20,000 nucleotides of DNA from an uncultured virus (IMG/VR IMGVR_UViG_3300023174_000161) (IMGVR_UViG_3300023174_000161), one strand, 5' to 3'; shown: positions 8,818 to 17,278, counted from the first letter of the stretch. Notes: a model not told the origin generated them from the letters alone. Translations and numbers: made by a program.

Positions 8818-8887
8818 GTCAACTTGTACTCCTTCTTAGGGATACACTTCAATTTCAAGTTCAAACACCAACGCAAGTAAAGGGTAT

Positions 8888-9187
8888 ATGGATCAAGACA
8901 AAATAGCTCCTACTGTTACCGAAGTAGCTAACGAGGCGTTTTCAGTAATTTGCCGGATTATGGACAAGGGATCGGACAAAAGTACTTTTGGCCAATGGTT
9001 TCATACGGATAGCCGTAGGTACAATGCGGATAGGCTCATTGGTCACGTAACTCAGGCCATGATGCAAATAGATGGAAATAGGCCAAGTCCAGATGTAAAT
9101 GGGGAAAATCCTGTAGCCCATCTTGAAAGGGCTTTAGTTCGTGCTGCTTTTCTTCTGTACAAAACCTATAGAGGTAAAACAGAATGA
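8888..9187 (+). CDS. Divergent dATP/dGTP diphosphohydrolase N-terminal-domain-like protein (DUF5664-like)
   Basis: IMDKGSDK...QW...RRY...GH...G...D.NGE.PVAHL...AFLL parallels the family pattern M..GA.KY..NW...RY...RH...D.ESG..HL...FL. Confidence 0.55.
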   Translation: MDQDKIAPTVTEVANEAFSVICRIMDKGSDKSTFGQWFHTDSRRYNADRLIGHVTQAMMQIDGNRPSPDVNGENPVAHLERALVRAAFLLYKTYRGKTE

Positions 9188-9390
9188 TGGATTACTTTTG
9201 GCTTTGGTTATTTGTGTGGATCAGTAAAAGGTGGTTTCCAACTGTAATCTTTTCTACTGACCCAAAAACAGAACGAACTGCGTCAATATTCTTTTTTGAT
9301 TCCGAGGAACAAGCAAAAAGATTATTTGATCTTATTCAGGCCAATAGCTTAAACCACGAACTAAAAAAGGAGACAAAGAATGATAATTGA
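9184..9390 (+). CDS. Hypothetical protein
   Basis: 68 aa, ATGA overlap with the upstream gene, Trp-rich hydrophobic N-terminus. Confidence 0.55.
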   Translation: MMDYFWLWLFVWISKRWFPTVIFSTDPKTERTASIFFFDSEEQAKRLFDLIQANSLNHELKKETKNDN

Positions 9391-9505
9391 ATGGTTATGG
9401 AATCAACGGGGGTTTGCATTCCCCAAAACAGAAACAAAAAGCAACAAGGCAAATATAAAAAAGGTAAAATCAAATGCCAAAACAAAATCAAGAAAACAAA
9501 AATAA
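9380..9505 (+). CDS. Small basic hypothetical protein (41 aa)
   Basis: Manual ORF MIIEWLWNQRGFAFPKTETKSNKANIKKVKSNAKTKSRKQK with strong AAGGAG SD; below the track's length cut-off. Confidence 0.5.
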   Translation: MIIEWLWNQRGFAFPKTETKSNKANIKKVKSNAKTKSRKQK

Positions 9506-9617
9506 ATTTACCGCGGAGGTATTAAAAGAGCTGGATTATCTTCTAGCAGAAGGATTTGTATGTTTAACCAACCCAAAGAACCCTACGATTGTTTTAAACC
9601 AGGAGGTAAACACATGA
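9474..9617 (+). CDS. Small hypothetical protein (47 aa)
   Basis: Manual ORF MPKQNQENKNKFTAEVLKELDYLLAEGFVCLTNPKNPTIVLNQEVNT; AAGGT upstream; stop overlaps the next ATG (ATGA). Confidence 0.5.
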   Translation: MPKQNQENKNKFTAEVLKELDYLLAEGFVCLTNPKNPTIVLNQEVNT

Positions 9618-9916
9618 AAATTGAAGATGTTGTGGGTGCGGAAGAGCTCAAAAAAGAATCCTTTTCAACGCAAAGGAATTTGCATAGAATACATCAGTTT
9701 TACCACCGGGTGGTGGATCTGGCGGAACAAAACCATAAAACGGCTGCTATCCTTGTGGAGGAGAACGGCCGGTTAGAAATAGAGAACGAGGGGCTGAAAG
9801 AGTTTTGCCAGGAACTCTTAAGCTTCATGGCAGACCTTGAGCGGGAATGTTCGGATTGCCGCAACAAGGCCAGGTCAAACGTCCTCAACCAACCACAAAA
9901 CAAAGAAGGAAAATAA
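9614..9916 (+). CDS. Hypothetical coiled-coil protein
   Basis: Start reassigned to ATG 9614 (AGGAGG SD, ATGA coupling); heptad region and C-terminal CSDC. Confidence 0.65.
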   Translation: MKIEDVVGAEELKKESFSTQRNLHRIHQFYHRVVDLAEQNHKTAAILVEENGRLEIENEGLKEFCQELLSFMADLERECSDCRNKARSNVLNQPQNKEGK

Positions 9917-9917
9917 T

Positions 9918-10253
9918 ATGATTGAACTATCGATCCAGATTAAGAATGAAGAAGGGACAGATAAAATTAGCGTTGAAATGCTTCCCTTCGATAATGAGGC
10001 AAACGCAGTTGAGAAAGATGTATTGAGTGGATTGTTTCCCCTTATTACGGAGCTTCTCAATGGGGTTCTTGGTGGTGAAGGTTTTCGTAAAACTGAAAAG
10101 ATGGCTGAAGTTCCAGAGGGCGAGTCTCGCATTCTCGATAAGAACGGCGCTCCAACATCTATTCCTATGAACGAAGAGTACCTTATCAAGAAGGGTCTTA
10201 TTGAGCCGCCGGAAGGTGCTGAAATAAGAGACAGAGAGTCTTTAATAGACTAA
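9918..10253 (+). CDS. Hypothetical acidic protein
   Basis: Start reassigned to ATG 9918 after GAAGGA and the upstream stop; MIELSIQIK... Confidence 0.65.
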   Translation: MIELSIQIKNEEGTDKISVEMLPFDNEANAVEKDVLSGLFPLITELLNGVLGGEGFRKTEKMAEVPEGESRILDKNGAPTSIPMNEEYLIKKGLIEPPEGAEIRDRESLID

Positions 10254-10254
10254 C

Positions 10255-10536
10255 TTGAAACGAGCCAGTCAGGGGCTGGCCGAACAATTCAACATAATAC
10301 CGTACCCATTCGTAGGTACGGCTTATGAGGAGATTGTGGCCGAATTTGTATTGCTCAGGGAGTCTGGGGTTCGTGTAAAAGAACTTGCTCAGATGCTCTT
10401 GGATGCGATAGAAATTCTATTGCATGGACTGGCGAAACCAAAAATAACAAAACAAAGAGAACAAAAACTTACCCGAGATCTGTCGGATCTGCTTGGGAGA
10501 CTGAGCATACTCGAAGACCTCTACTTTGAAAAATGA
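10255..10536 (+). CDS. Hypothetical helical protein
   Basis: 93 aa from TTG, fills the operon gap, ATGA-coupled to polA. Confidence 0.5.
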   Translation: MKRASQGLAEQFNIIPYPFVGTAYEEIVAEFVLLRESGVRVKELAQMLLDAIEILLHGLAKPKITKQREQKLTRDLSDLLGRLSILEDLYFEK

Positions 10537-12326
10537 AAAATACATACGCAATAGATTTTGAAACTTACTACGACAAAGAAATATCAATTACAACGATGGG
10601 TCAATGGCATTACCTGCGTAATCCCTCATCGGATATTTACATGGTTGCGATTCATGGACCTGATGTGGATTACGTTGGATCTCCCAAGAAAGCCCCGTGG
10701 GAAAAGATTGATGGCGGAAATTGGTTGGCTCATAACTATTCATTCGACGGAGCAGTCATTGAAAGATTGCGTGAGCTTGGGGTAATCAAAGCAAATCCAT
10801 CCAGTTGGTTTTGTACTGCAAATCTTTCGGTTGCTGTGGGAGCTCCTAGAAATTTGCTTGGGGCATCGCGGGAACTTCTTGACCGCAAGATAGACAAAGA
10901 CCCGCGGGATAAAATGCACAGCAAAAAATGGAGTGATGTCGAGGGAACTGAATTTGCCAATGAGGTTCTTCAGTATGCAAAGAATGACGCTCAGGCTTGT
11001 TATCAAATCTACGATAAATTCCATAATCAGATGCTCCCAACCGAGCAGGAATTATCAAGGCACACGATTGAGATGGGCTGGAGAGGCGTTCAAATTGACC
11101 AAAATGCAGTAGAAACAGGGGTTAAAAAGCTGGAAAGGGTGACCTGGGAAAGTGAGAATTCCCTGCCTTGGATTGAGGAAACCAACGGTGTTGTGCTATC
11201 TACAAAGGCTTTTAGGCGTGAATGCGCCAAGGCTGGAATCCCATGGCCAACATCTCTGGCTGAAAATTCAGAAGAGTGCGCGCTGTGGGAGGAGCAATAT
11301 GGGGGTAAAGTCCCCTTTGTTGGTATTATGCGGGATTGGCGTAAGGCCAATTCTTTGCTGGCAAAGCTCAAGGTAATGCGAAACCGTATACGGCCAGACG
11401 GAACGATGGCCTATGGACTTAAATACATGGGGGCGCACACAGGACGTTGGTCTGGGGATAGCAAATGGAATTGTCAAAACCTCCCTCGTAATGAAATGTT
11501 TGGCGTGGATTTACGGGGTTGCATTGTACCCCGTCCTGGAAAGAAGTTTGTCATTTGTGACTTGGCACAAATTGAGCCCAGAGTATTGGCTTGGTTGTCT
11601 GGAAACGAAGGACTCTTAGAGGCGATCAGGAATGGGTATGGCATCTATGAAGCGGCTGCAAAGAACATGAGCTTGTGGAATGGTGATAAGGGAACATTAA
11701 AGAAAACCGACCCAGACCTTTACCAGTTGGTGAAGTGTATGGTTTTGGGATTGGGTTATGGCGCGGGGTCAAAGAAATTCGCTTTGATTGCCAAGATGCA
11801 ATACGGAATTGACATGACGGAAGCAAAGGCTGGAATTGTTGTGAATGACTTCCGCTCGCGTAATCAACCTATTATTGATCTGTGGAGAAAGCTTGAGGGT
11901 GATTTTCAACGGGCTAAAGCGGATAAACAATTTGAAGTGGGTCTACCGGGAGGACGCGTTCTGACCTATCGCAACATTATGTCGCAGTGGCCTGAGTCAC
12001 AAAAGGTTGGGAAGAACGGCATAGCCAGAAAGCCAGCGTGGACAGCATGTGTAGAGCGGGGAGGCCCGCAGATTCCTTTTTACGGAGGAAAACTTTGTGA
12101 GAATCTTGTACAGGCTGTAGCGCGTGACGTTATGGGTGAGGCTATCCTACGACTGGAAAAAGCAGGATGTTCGGTAGTCATGCATATTCATGACGAGGCT
12201 GTATGCGAGGTTGACAATTCAGTTCCAGCGGGTGAGATTGAAAGGCTAATGAGTACGTGTCCTGACTGGCTAGAAGGGTGTCCAATCGGGGCCGAAGCGG
12301 CTAATGCAATGAGGTATAAAAAATGA
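10533..12326 (+). CDS. polA: Phage DNA polymerase, family A (3'-5' exonuclease plus polymerase)
   Basis: ExoI IDFETY, ExoII AHNYSFD, ExoIII YAKNDA; HTGRWS, NCQNLP, motif A DLAQIEPR, motif B K..VLGLGYG, motif C HIHDE. Confidence 0.95.
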   Translation: MKNTYAIDFETYYDKEISITTMGQWHYLRNPSSDIYMVAIHGPDVDYVGSPKKAPWEKIDGGNWLAHNYSFDGAVIERLRELGVIKANPSSWFCTANLSVAVGAPRNLLGASRELLDRKIDKDPRDKMHSKKWSDVEGTEFANEVLQYAKNDAQACYQIYDKFHNQMLPTEQELSRHTIEMGWRGVQIDQNAVETGVKKLERVTWESENSLPWIEETNGVVLSTKAFRRECAKAGIPWPTSLAENSEECALWEEQYGGKVPFVGIMRDWRKANSLLAKLKVMRNRIRPDGTMAYGLKYMGAHTGRWSGDSKWNCQNLPRNEMFGVDLRGCIVPRPGKKFVICDLAQIEPRVLAWLSGNEGLLEAIRNGYGIYEAAAKNMSLWNGDKGTLKKTDPDLYQLVKCMVLGLGYGAGSKKFALIAKMQYGIDMTEAKAGIVVNDFRSRNQPIIDLWRKLEGDFQRAKADKQFEVGLPGGRVLTYRNIMSQWPESQKVGKNGIARKPAWTACVERGGPQIPFYGGKLCENLVQAVARDVMGEAILRLEKAGCSVVMHIHDEAVCEVDNSVPAGEIERLMSTCPDWLEGCPIGAEAANAMRYKK

Positions 12327-14458
12327 ACCTCTATCGCATACCTAATTTGTCGTCCTCCATTGCCAGTGCTTGTACTCCTTGGGATGGCAAATTAAATCAA
12401 CCCCCAAGCCTAGATCCTGATGTAGCCAAACGGTGGGCTATTCAGAGCTCCACCGATGGAATGTTTGTCAGTGGATTTGAAGGTCGTGCCGCGGCAATGC
12501 GGGTTACCAAAGATAATCCTCCAGCCAAGATGCATGCCTTTATTGCAGATTATGATTGCGAGCTTACATCCGAAGAGTTTATTTCCGGTATTGGTGCTAA
12601 AGCCAAAGCCGGTCTTAAGCCAATGTATGCTCATCGCACTCCAAGTGGAGGTGCGAGGGTCATCTGGATGTTCGAGTCTCCCATGCAGATTCCAGTGGGC
12701 TTGTTGCCAGCATTCTTAAAACGGGTAGCAAAAGAGTTGGGAGCAAAGCGTATTTTTGCTGGACTTGACGATAACCACGTAAAGCCCGAACAGTATTACG
12801 CTTGGTATCTGCCAATCACCAAAGTTGGGGATGTCCCTTTAAGGACAGAAACTTTGTATAGCTGGTTTGCCTCGACAATCGACGCCGACCATAAGTACCG
12901 CGGAGAAGGTCCCGTGGAGATACCAATGGATCGCGTACGTAATCGCGTACATGAAATTTATCCAGATAAACTGATGGGGAGTCTTGAAGTCAACGGAAGA
13001 ACCAATGCGTTCTGGACTGCGACTTCGGACAACCCGACGGCTTGCGTGGTTACTCCTACTGGTATCGTCAGCTTCTCGCAGGACAAGAGTTTCTACAGTT
13101 GGGCTGAAATCCTCGGCGCGGGCTGGGTGAAGGAGTTTGAGGAGGATCGCCTTGGCGCTCCGCTGGCAAACTATTACTTCGACGGCAAGCGTTACTGGCG
13201 TCAGGACGGCAGAGGTATCTGGCGTGATACAGATTCCGAGACTACCCGCAAGGATATTGCGGGAATCTATGGATTGTCTCTTGCCCCAATGCAAAGAGGT
13301 GGGATGTGCGAAGTCGACCAGACTGTCTTGCGTGTGCGCGAGACCCGTCGGGTAGACGATGCCGGACCGATCCTGTTTAGCAAGGAGGAAGTCGTTTACA
13401 TGGGTGGACGTACCGTTTTGAACATTTCGCGGGTTAAGGTTCTGGAACCGCGCAACGAACCGTGCGAGAAGTGGGGAGACGGATTCCCATGGATTGCCAA
13501 GTTCTTGGACGGGTTCTTTGATCCGCATGATTCACTTCAGTATTTCCTAGCGTGGCTTCACCACTTCTACGTGTCGGCCAAGTCGGGCAAACAGTCTCAG
13601 GGTCAGGCAATCTTTATTGCCGGGCCTGTGGGCGTCGGCAAGACGCTCATGGGAACCCAGATTGTTTCACGGCTCATGGGTGGAGGTTGCGATGCGTCAG
13701 GACATATCTCGGGGGAGAGTGAATTCAACTCCGAAATGTTTGAGGTCGGCGTACTCAATGTCGACGACACCATTGCATCAACCAGTCACGAGAAGCACCT
13801 GCTCTTTTCCAATACGGTGAAGAAGTTTGTTGCCAACCGTCGTCATCGGTACCGGGCCATGTGGAAGAACCCCGCCACGATTGAGTGGAGTGGGCGGGTA
13901 TTCGTGACTCTCAATGATGACCCAGACTCAATGCGGGCTGTTCCTTACACCGATGCAAGCATTTTGGACAAGCTTATGCTTTTCAAGGCTTCATCAAAGG
14001 GCATGGACTTCCCGCACTCACAGGAACTGCAACGTATCCTTGACGGGGAACTACCCGCGTTTGCCAGGTGGCTGACTGACTTTGAGATACCGGAGGAACT
14101 TAAATGCTCCAACCGGTTTCAGGTAAAGTGCTACCATCATGCTGACATCCTTGAAGACACCCGGACGACGCACCCTAACCATGCGTTCTCCGAATTGCTT
14201 GATGAATTCCTGATTGGATTTACCAGGTCCAACCCGAAGGAAATTGTTTGGAAGGGATCGGCCACACAGTTGCTCAATCAAATGCTCAACGACACCAGTC
14301 TAACCAACCTAACTCGCCACTACGCGTCCACTCCGGAGAAGATGGGGCAAAGGTTGGCAAAGCTGATGACCACAAAGGGCATTGAGCGGGTAACCGTTCA
14401 GGGCAAAGTGTTGTGGAAAATTCCCGTTGACTCAAATGCGGAGGTTGAAGTAAAATGA
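12323..14458 (+). CDS. Primase-helicase (AEP-like N-terminus plus SF3/DUF5906-like P-loop helicase)
   Basis: N-terminal ADYD and TPSGG motifs; Walker A GPVGVGKT, Walker B VLNVDD, motif C VTLN; ATGA-coupled to polA. Confidence 0.85.
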   Translation: MNLYRIPNLSSSIASACTPWDGKLNQPPSLDPDVAKRWAIQSSTDGMFVSGFEGRAAAMRVTKDNPPAKMHAFIADYDCELTSEEFISGIGAKAKAGLKPMYAHRTPSGGARVIWMFESPMQIPVGLLPAFLKRVAKELGAKRIFAGLDDNHVKPEQYYAWYLPITKVGDVPLRTETLYSWFASTIDADHKYRGEGPVEIPMDRVRNRVHEIYPDKLMGSLEVNGRTNAFWTATSDNPTACVVTPTGIVSFSQDKSFYSWAEILGAGWVKEFEEDRLGAPLANYYFDGKRYWRQDGRGIWRDTDSETTRKDIAGIYGLSLAPMQRGGMCEVDQTVLRVRETRRVDDAGPILFSKEEVVYMGGRTVLNISRVKVLEPRNEPCEKWGDGFPWIAKFLDGFFDPHDSLQYFLAWLHHFYVSAKSGKQSQGQAIFIAGPVGVGKTLMGTQIVSRLMGGGCDASGHISGESEFNSEMFEVGVLNVDDTIASTSHEKHLLFSNTVKKFVANRRHRYRAMWKNPATIEWSGRVFVTLNDDPDSMRAVPYTDASILDKLMLFKASSKGMDFPHSQELQRILDGELPAFARWLTDFEIPEELKCSNRFQVKCYHHADILEDTRTTHPNHAFSELLDEFLIGFTRSNPKEIVWKGSATQLLNQMLNDTSLTNLTRHYASTPEKMGQRLAKLMTTKGIERVTVQGKVLWKIPVDSNAEVEVK
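14427..14456 (+). promoter_or_regulatory. Candidate promoter for the 3D-domain/HtrA region
   Basis: TTGACT (14427-14432), 18-nt spacer, TAAAAT (14451-14456) inside the primase 3' end. Confidence 0.4.
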
Positions 14459-14473
14459 CGCCACGCAGAAAGT

Positions 14474-14881
14474 ATGAACACACGCACTATAGTCATGGCT
14501 TTATCCATGCTTCTATCGTTCCCAGTTGTGGCCTCCAATGTAATGGTCCAACCGGAACCCAAACCGGCCAAGAAAATCAAGGTACGGATTACGGCGTATT
14601 GGTGCGGTCAGGACCCTGACACATCCAGGTTTAAGTCTTCTACCGGCTACACTCTCAAGTCGGGACGCACATGTGCGGTTGACCCGCGGATCATTCCGTA
14701 TGGCAGTACTGTGGTGGTCAATGGGAAAGAGTTTAAGGCCATTGATACCGGCACCGACGTGATTCGTAAAAAGGCTTCGAACGGAAAACTTCCAGTGGTG
14801 GATTTGTTTTACAAGACGGAAAAGCAAGCCATGATTGCGTTGGACAATATGCCAATGCATCCATGGGTGGAGATTCGATAA
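14474..14881 (+). CDS. Secreted 3D-domain (MltA-like) peptidoglycan-acting protein
   Basis: Signal peptide-like N-terminus; TAY, AVDPRIIPYGS, AIDTG and VDLF supply the three Asp residues of the 3D domain. Confidence 0.85.
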   Translation: MNTRTIVMALSMLLSFPVVASNVMVQPEPKPAKKIKVRITAYWCGQDPDTSRFKSSTGYTLKSGRTCAVDPRIIPYGSTVVVNGKEFKAIDTGTDVIRKKASNGKLPVVDLFYKTEKQAMIALDNMPMHPWVEIR

Positions 14882-15555
14882 TGGGCAAAGTTCTATTCCC
14901 GGGGTACTTTCCTTTTTGCCTTACGCCTGGTGTTCCTTCTCAAGTTGGTCGGGGGACAGACTATCCTATTTCTTTGCCTTTAAGCAAGTACATGAAATGG
15001 TGGTGGAGGGTGCGGACGTGGGAGGCGACAGGAAGCTCGGTTGGAAATGAATTAGCTCCGTCTGAAAATCGATCAAATATATGGACGACAGCTTCATTGG
15101 TGCAGGATACAAAATGGACATTAAATATTACACAAGAAGAAGAATTGGTATGTTTAGATCAACTTAGGTACATCCAGGGTGCGTTTAACACAACCGGAAA
15201 CGCAGGAACATCCACAAACGATACAAGCATAACTTTTTACCCAGAGGGGTATATTTCGGGGACAACCGTATTTCCAAAAATTACTATGGGGTCTTATCCG
15301 GGTGGTGGTTATATTGAGGGAGGAGAATGGTACAACACGCGTTCTCCTGGAGACCCTAAAGTACAAGCAGCACTTGATCCTGTTTCAACCATGACAATAG
15401 ACGGAATTAACATACCTATTTATGTGCGGTGGTTTCCAAATTGGGCTCCATATTCAGATTGGCAATGGACGGGAAGCCAAAGTTATGTTTTGACTCCAAA
15501 AACGTATTGGTCTTACGGAGGCACATACAACACACAAACAGGACAACCTTTATAA
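14881..15555 (+). CDS. Hypothetical beta-rich protein, possibly virion-associated
   Basis: Start at ATG 14881 (TAATG overlap with the upstream stop); G/T/S/W/Y-rich, few charged residues. Confidence 0.65.
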   Translation: MGKVLFPGYFPFCLTPGVPSQVGRGTDYPISLPLSKYMKWWWRVRTWEATGSSVGNELAPSENRSNIWTTASLVQDTKWTLNITQEEELVCLDQLRYIQGAFNTTGNAGTSTNDTSITFYPEGYISGTTVFPKITMGSYPGGGYIEGGEWYNTRSPGDPKVQAALDPVSTMTIDGINIPIYVRWFPNWAPYSDWQWTGSQSYVLTPKTYWSYGGTYNTQTGQPL

Positions 15556-15575
15556 GTTGTCTGAAAGGAACACAC

Positions 15576-15794
15576 ATGAAAACACGCAATCAAAAAAATA
15601 AACCATTGGGACTCATTAAAATTCTGGCAGAACGTGAGGTCCCATACGTCGAGATGGATCTGGACGTGGACAACGACACGTTTAACAAAATTGCCAAGGC
15701 GGGGCTGATTGAAATCAAGCGCGACAAGCATGCGCTTTTCAATTACGCCATTACCAAGGCAATAAAGGAATTCTGTGGAAACCAGTCTAGTTAA
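15576..15794 (+). CDS. Small protein, possible ribbon-helix-helix DNA-binding protein
   Basis: ATG 15576 with AAAGGAA SD; alternating strand VEMDLDV followed by two amphipathic helices (DNDTFNKIAKAG, KHALFNYAITKAIKE). Confidence 0.5.
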   Translation: MKTRNQKNKPLGLIKILAEREVPYVEMDLDVDNDTFNKIAKAGLIEIKRDKHALFNYAITKAIKEFCGNQSS

Positions 15795-16763
15795 ATGCGT
15801 GGTCTCAACCATAGCCGCCTTTCTTGGGCTGGCCATATGCGTGTTTCTTACCATCGTTTGTTTTCATGCTTGCGCTTGGCTGCGGCGCTGGTTCTAATCC
15901 CGCTTTCGGCCAAAGGAACAGACTTTGGCCCGACATGCTCTTTGAGCATGAAGTCAGTCGTACGGATCTTCCAAAACGAAAATAAGACAGTTTCGTTTGC
16001 TTCTGGCGTTATCGTCAACAAAGACGGAACGATCCTTACCTGCAATCATGTGGTGGATGGTCTGGGCAAAATTGACGTCATGTTTGGGGAGGGAATTACC
16101 AACTCAGTTTACTCGGCCAAAGTAATCAAGAGAGATCAAAAACTGGATTTGGCGCTTATACAGATTATTGGGTACGCAGGGGATCTTCGTCCAATGGAAA
16201 TGTCCAAGCTACCAACTCCTTTGCCCGGGACTCCCGTCGCGGCAATTGGGGCTCCGTTAAAGGTATTCCGCACTGTAACCGCAGGGGTGGTTAGTTACTG
16301 TGGTCAGGACGAAGGGCAAGAAGTCCTGGTCTTTGATGCCAAAGTGATGCCAGGATGCTCAGGAGGGCCCGTAATCGACGAACAGGGCGATCTTATGGGT
16401 TTAATCACCGGAACCATAGGAAGGGGGGAATACACCCTTTCCAGGGCCGTTTACATAAGTGAGATTGAGCGTTTTATTAATACCTCCCAACGGGGGTATC
16501 TTGGGATATCCACCACACTGGTAAACTCTGGCATTGCCGGGCCAAATTGTTCGCAAGGTTTGCGGGTAGACCAAGCACCGAGTGACGGAGAGCTTAAACA
16601 TGGGGACGTGATTATGACCTTCAACGATTACCAAGCCGCTAGTCATAATGACCTAGTTAGGATGGTTCGTAGATGCACTCCAGGAGACCGAGTTGAGGTA
16701 GGGATTTTACGTAATGGTGAGTTTAAATTAGTACACATGATTATCAAGGAGTTGCGAAAATGA
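15795..16763 (+). CDS. HtrA/DegP-family trypsin-like serine protease with PDZ domain
   Basis: SGVIV...ILTCNHVV (His), DLALIQI (Asp), PGCSGGP (Ser); RGYLGI and GDVI PDZ motifs. Signal-like segment LRLAAALVLIPLSAKG; true start may be ATG 15837. Confidence 0.9.
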   Translation: MRGLNHSRLSWAGHMRVSYHRLFSCLRLAAALVLIPLSAKGTDFGPTCSLSMKSVVRIFQNENKTVSFASGVIVNKDGTILTCNHVVDGLGKIDVMFGEGITNSVYSAKVIKRDQKLDLALIQIIGYAGDLRPMEMSKLPTPLPGTPVAAIGAPLKVFRTVTAGVVSYCGQDEGQEVLVFDAKVMPGCSGGPVIDEQGDLMGLITGTIGRGEYTLSRAVYISEIERFINTSQRGYLGISTTLVNSGIAGPNCSQGLRVDQAPSDGELKHGDVIMTFNDYQAASHNDLVRMVRRCTPGDRVEVGILRNGEFKLVHMIIKELRK

Positions 16764-17014
16764 ATGTCTTCTTTGGCATCTTGTTCTCCACCATAGGTTT
16801 AAGCGTTTGTGTTATTTGGTTTTCTAATTGGTTTGTGCAAACCTTTAACATCGATGCATTTGTCAATAAATTTTGGTACCATGAACCAGCAAGAGGTATA
16901 CGTTATGTCTCAAAAGGGACATATAAAATGATCAAGGTAAGGACTGACTTTATAGTCAAGTTACATACCCCCACCCTTAGTAATTGGTCTAAGGGATTAA
17001 GATTCAAAGGGTAA
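16760..17014 (+). CDS. Small membrane protein
   Basis: ATGA-coupled to the protease; N-terminal hydrophobic helix and basic tail. Confidence 0.55.
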   Translation: MNVFFGILFSTIGLSVCVIWFSNWFVQTFNIDAFVNKFWYHEPARGIRYVSKGTYKMIKVRTDFIVKLHTPTLSNWSKGLRFKG

Positions 17015-17023
17015 AGATTCGAA

Positions 17024-17272
17024 GGGTGTAGGGTGGGGGGTGGAGGGGTGGTTTTGAACTCGTTGTTCCTACAGCTTTGCGTGTGTGCCGCGTGTGCCAA
17101 AACTTCCGGAACGAGTTGGGGTACCCCCACCCACCCCCACCACTCCCACCCTCTCTTTCTTTATATTTATATAATTAAATAGTAAACATACACTTATACA
17201 AGGACCTGAGCTTAAAAATTTGGGTGGGGGTACCACTTTTTGACCCCCCACCCTAGGCGACACCCCCACCCT
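17024..17272. repeat. GGGTGGGG/CCCCACCC repeat cluster with 14-bp inverted repeat around AT-rich core (putative origin)
   Basis: GGTACCCCCACCCA (17120-17133) and TGGGTGGGGGTACC (17221-17234) flank AT-rich 17155-17200; further copies at 17031-17040, 17243-17253 and 17263-17271. Confidence 0.7.
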
Positions 17273-17278
17273 AAATCG

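Noticed and set aside
8727..8906. 59-aa basic ORF MKKGRRSGMVRREKRR...
   Set aside because: No clear SD, and its composition can be explained by the GC-rich structure. Not excluded, but not called as a CDS.
10533..12326. 2-aminoadenine (Z-genome) polymerase system
   Set aside because: No purZ or datZ in the window; PolA plus a DUF5664-like gene is not sufficient evidence.
12839..13528. 229-aa antisense ORF in the primase-helicase (also 18478-18987 in the glycosyltransferase)
   Set aside because: Shadow ORFs opposite well-supported genes; no motifs.
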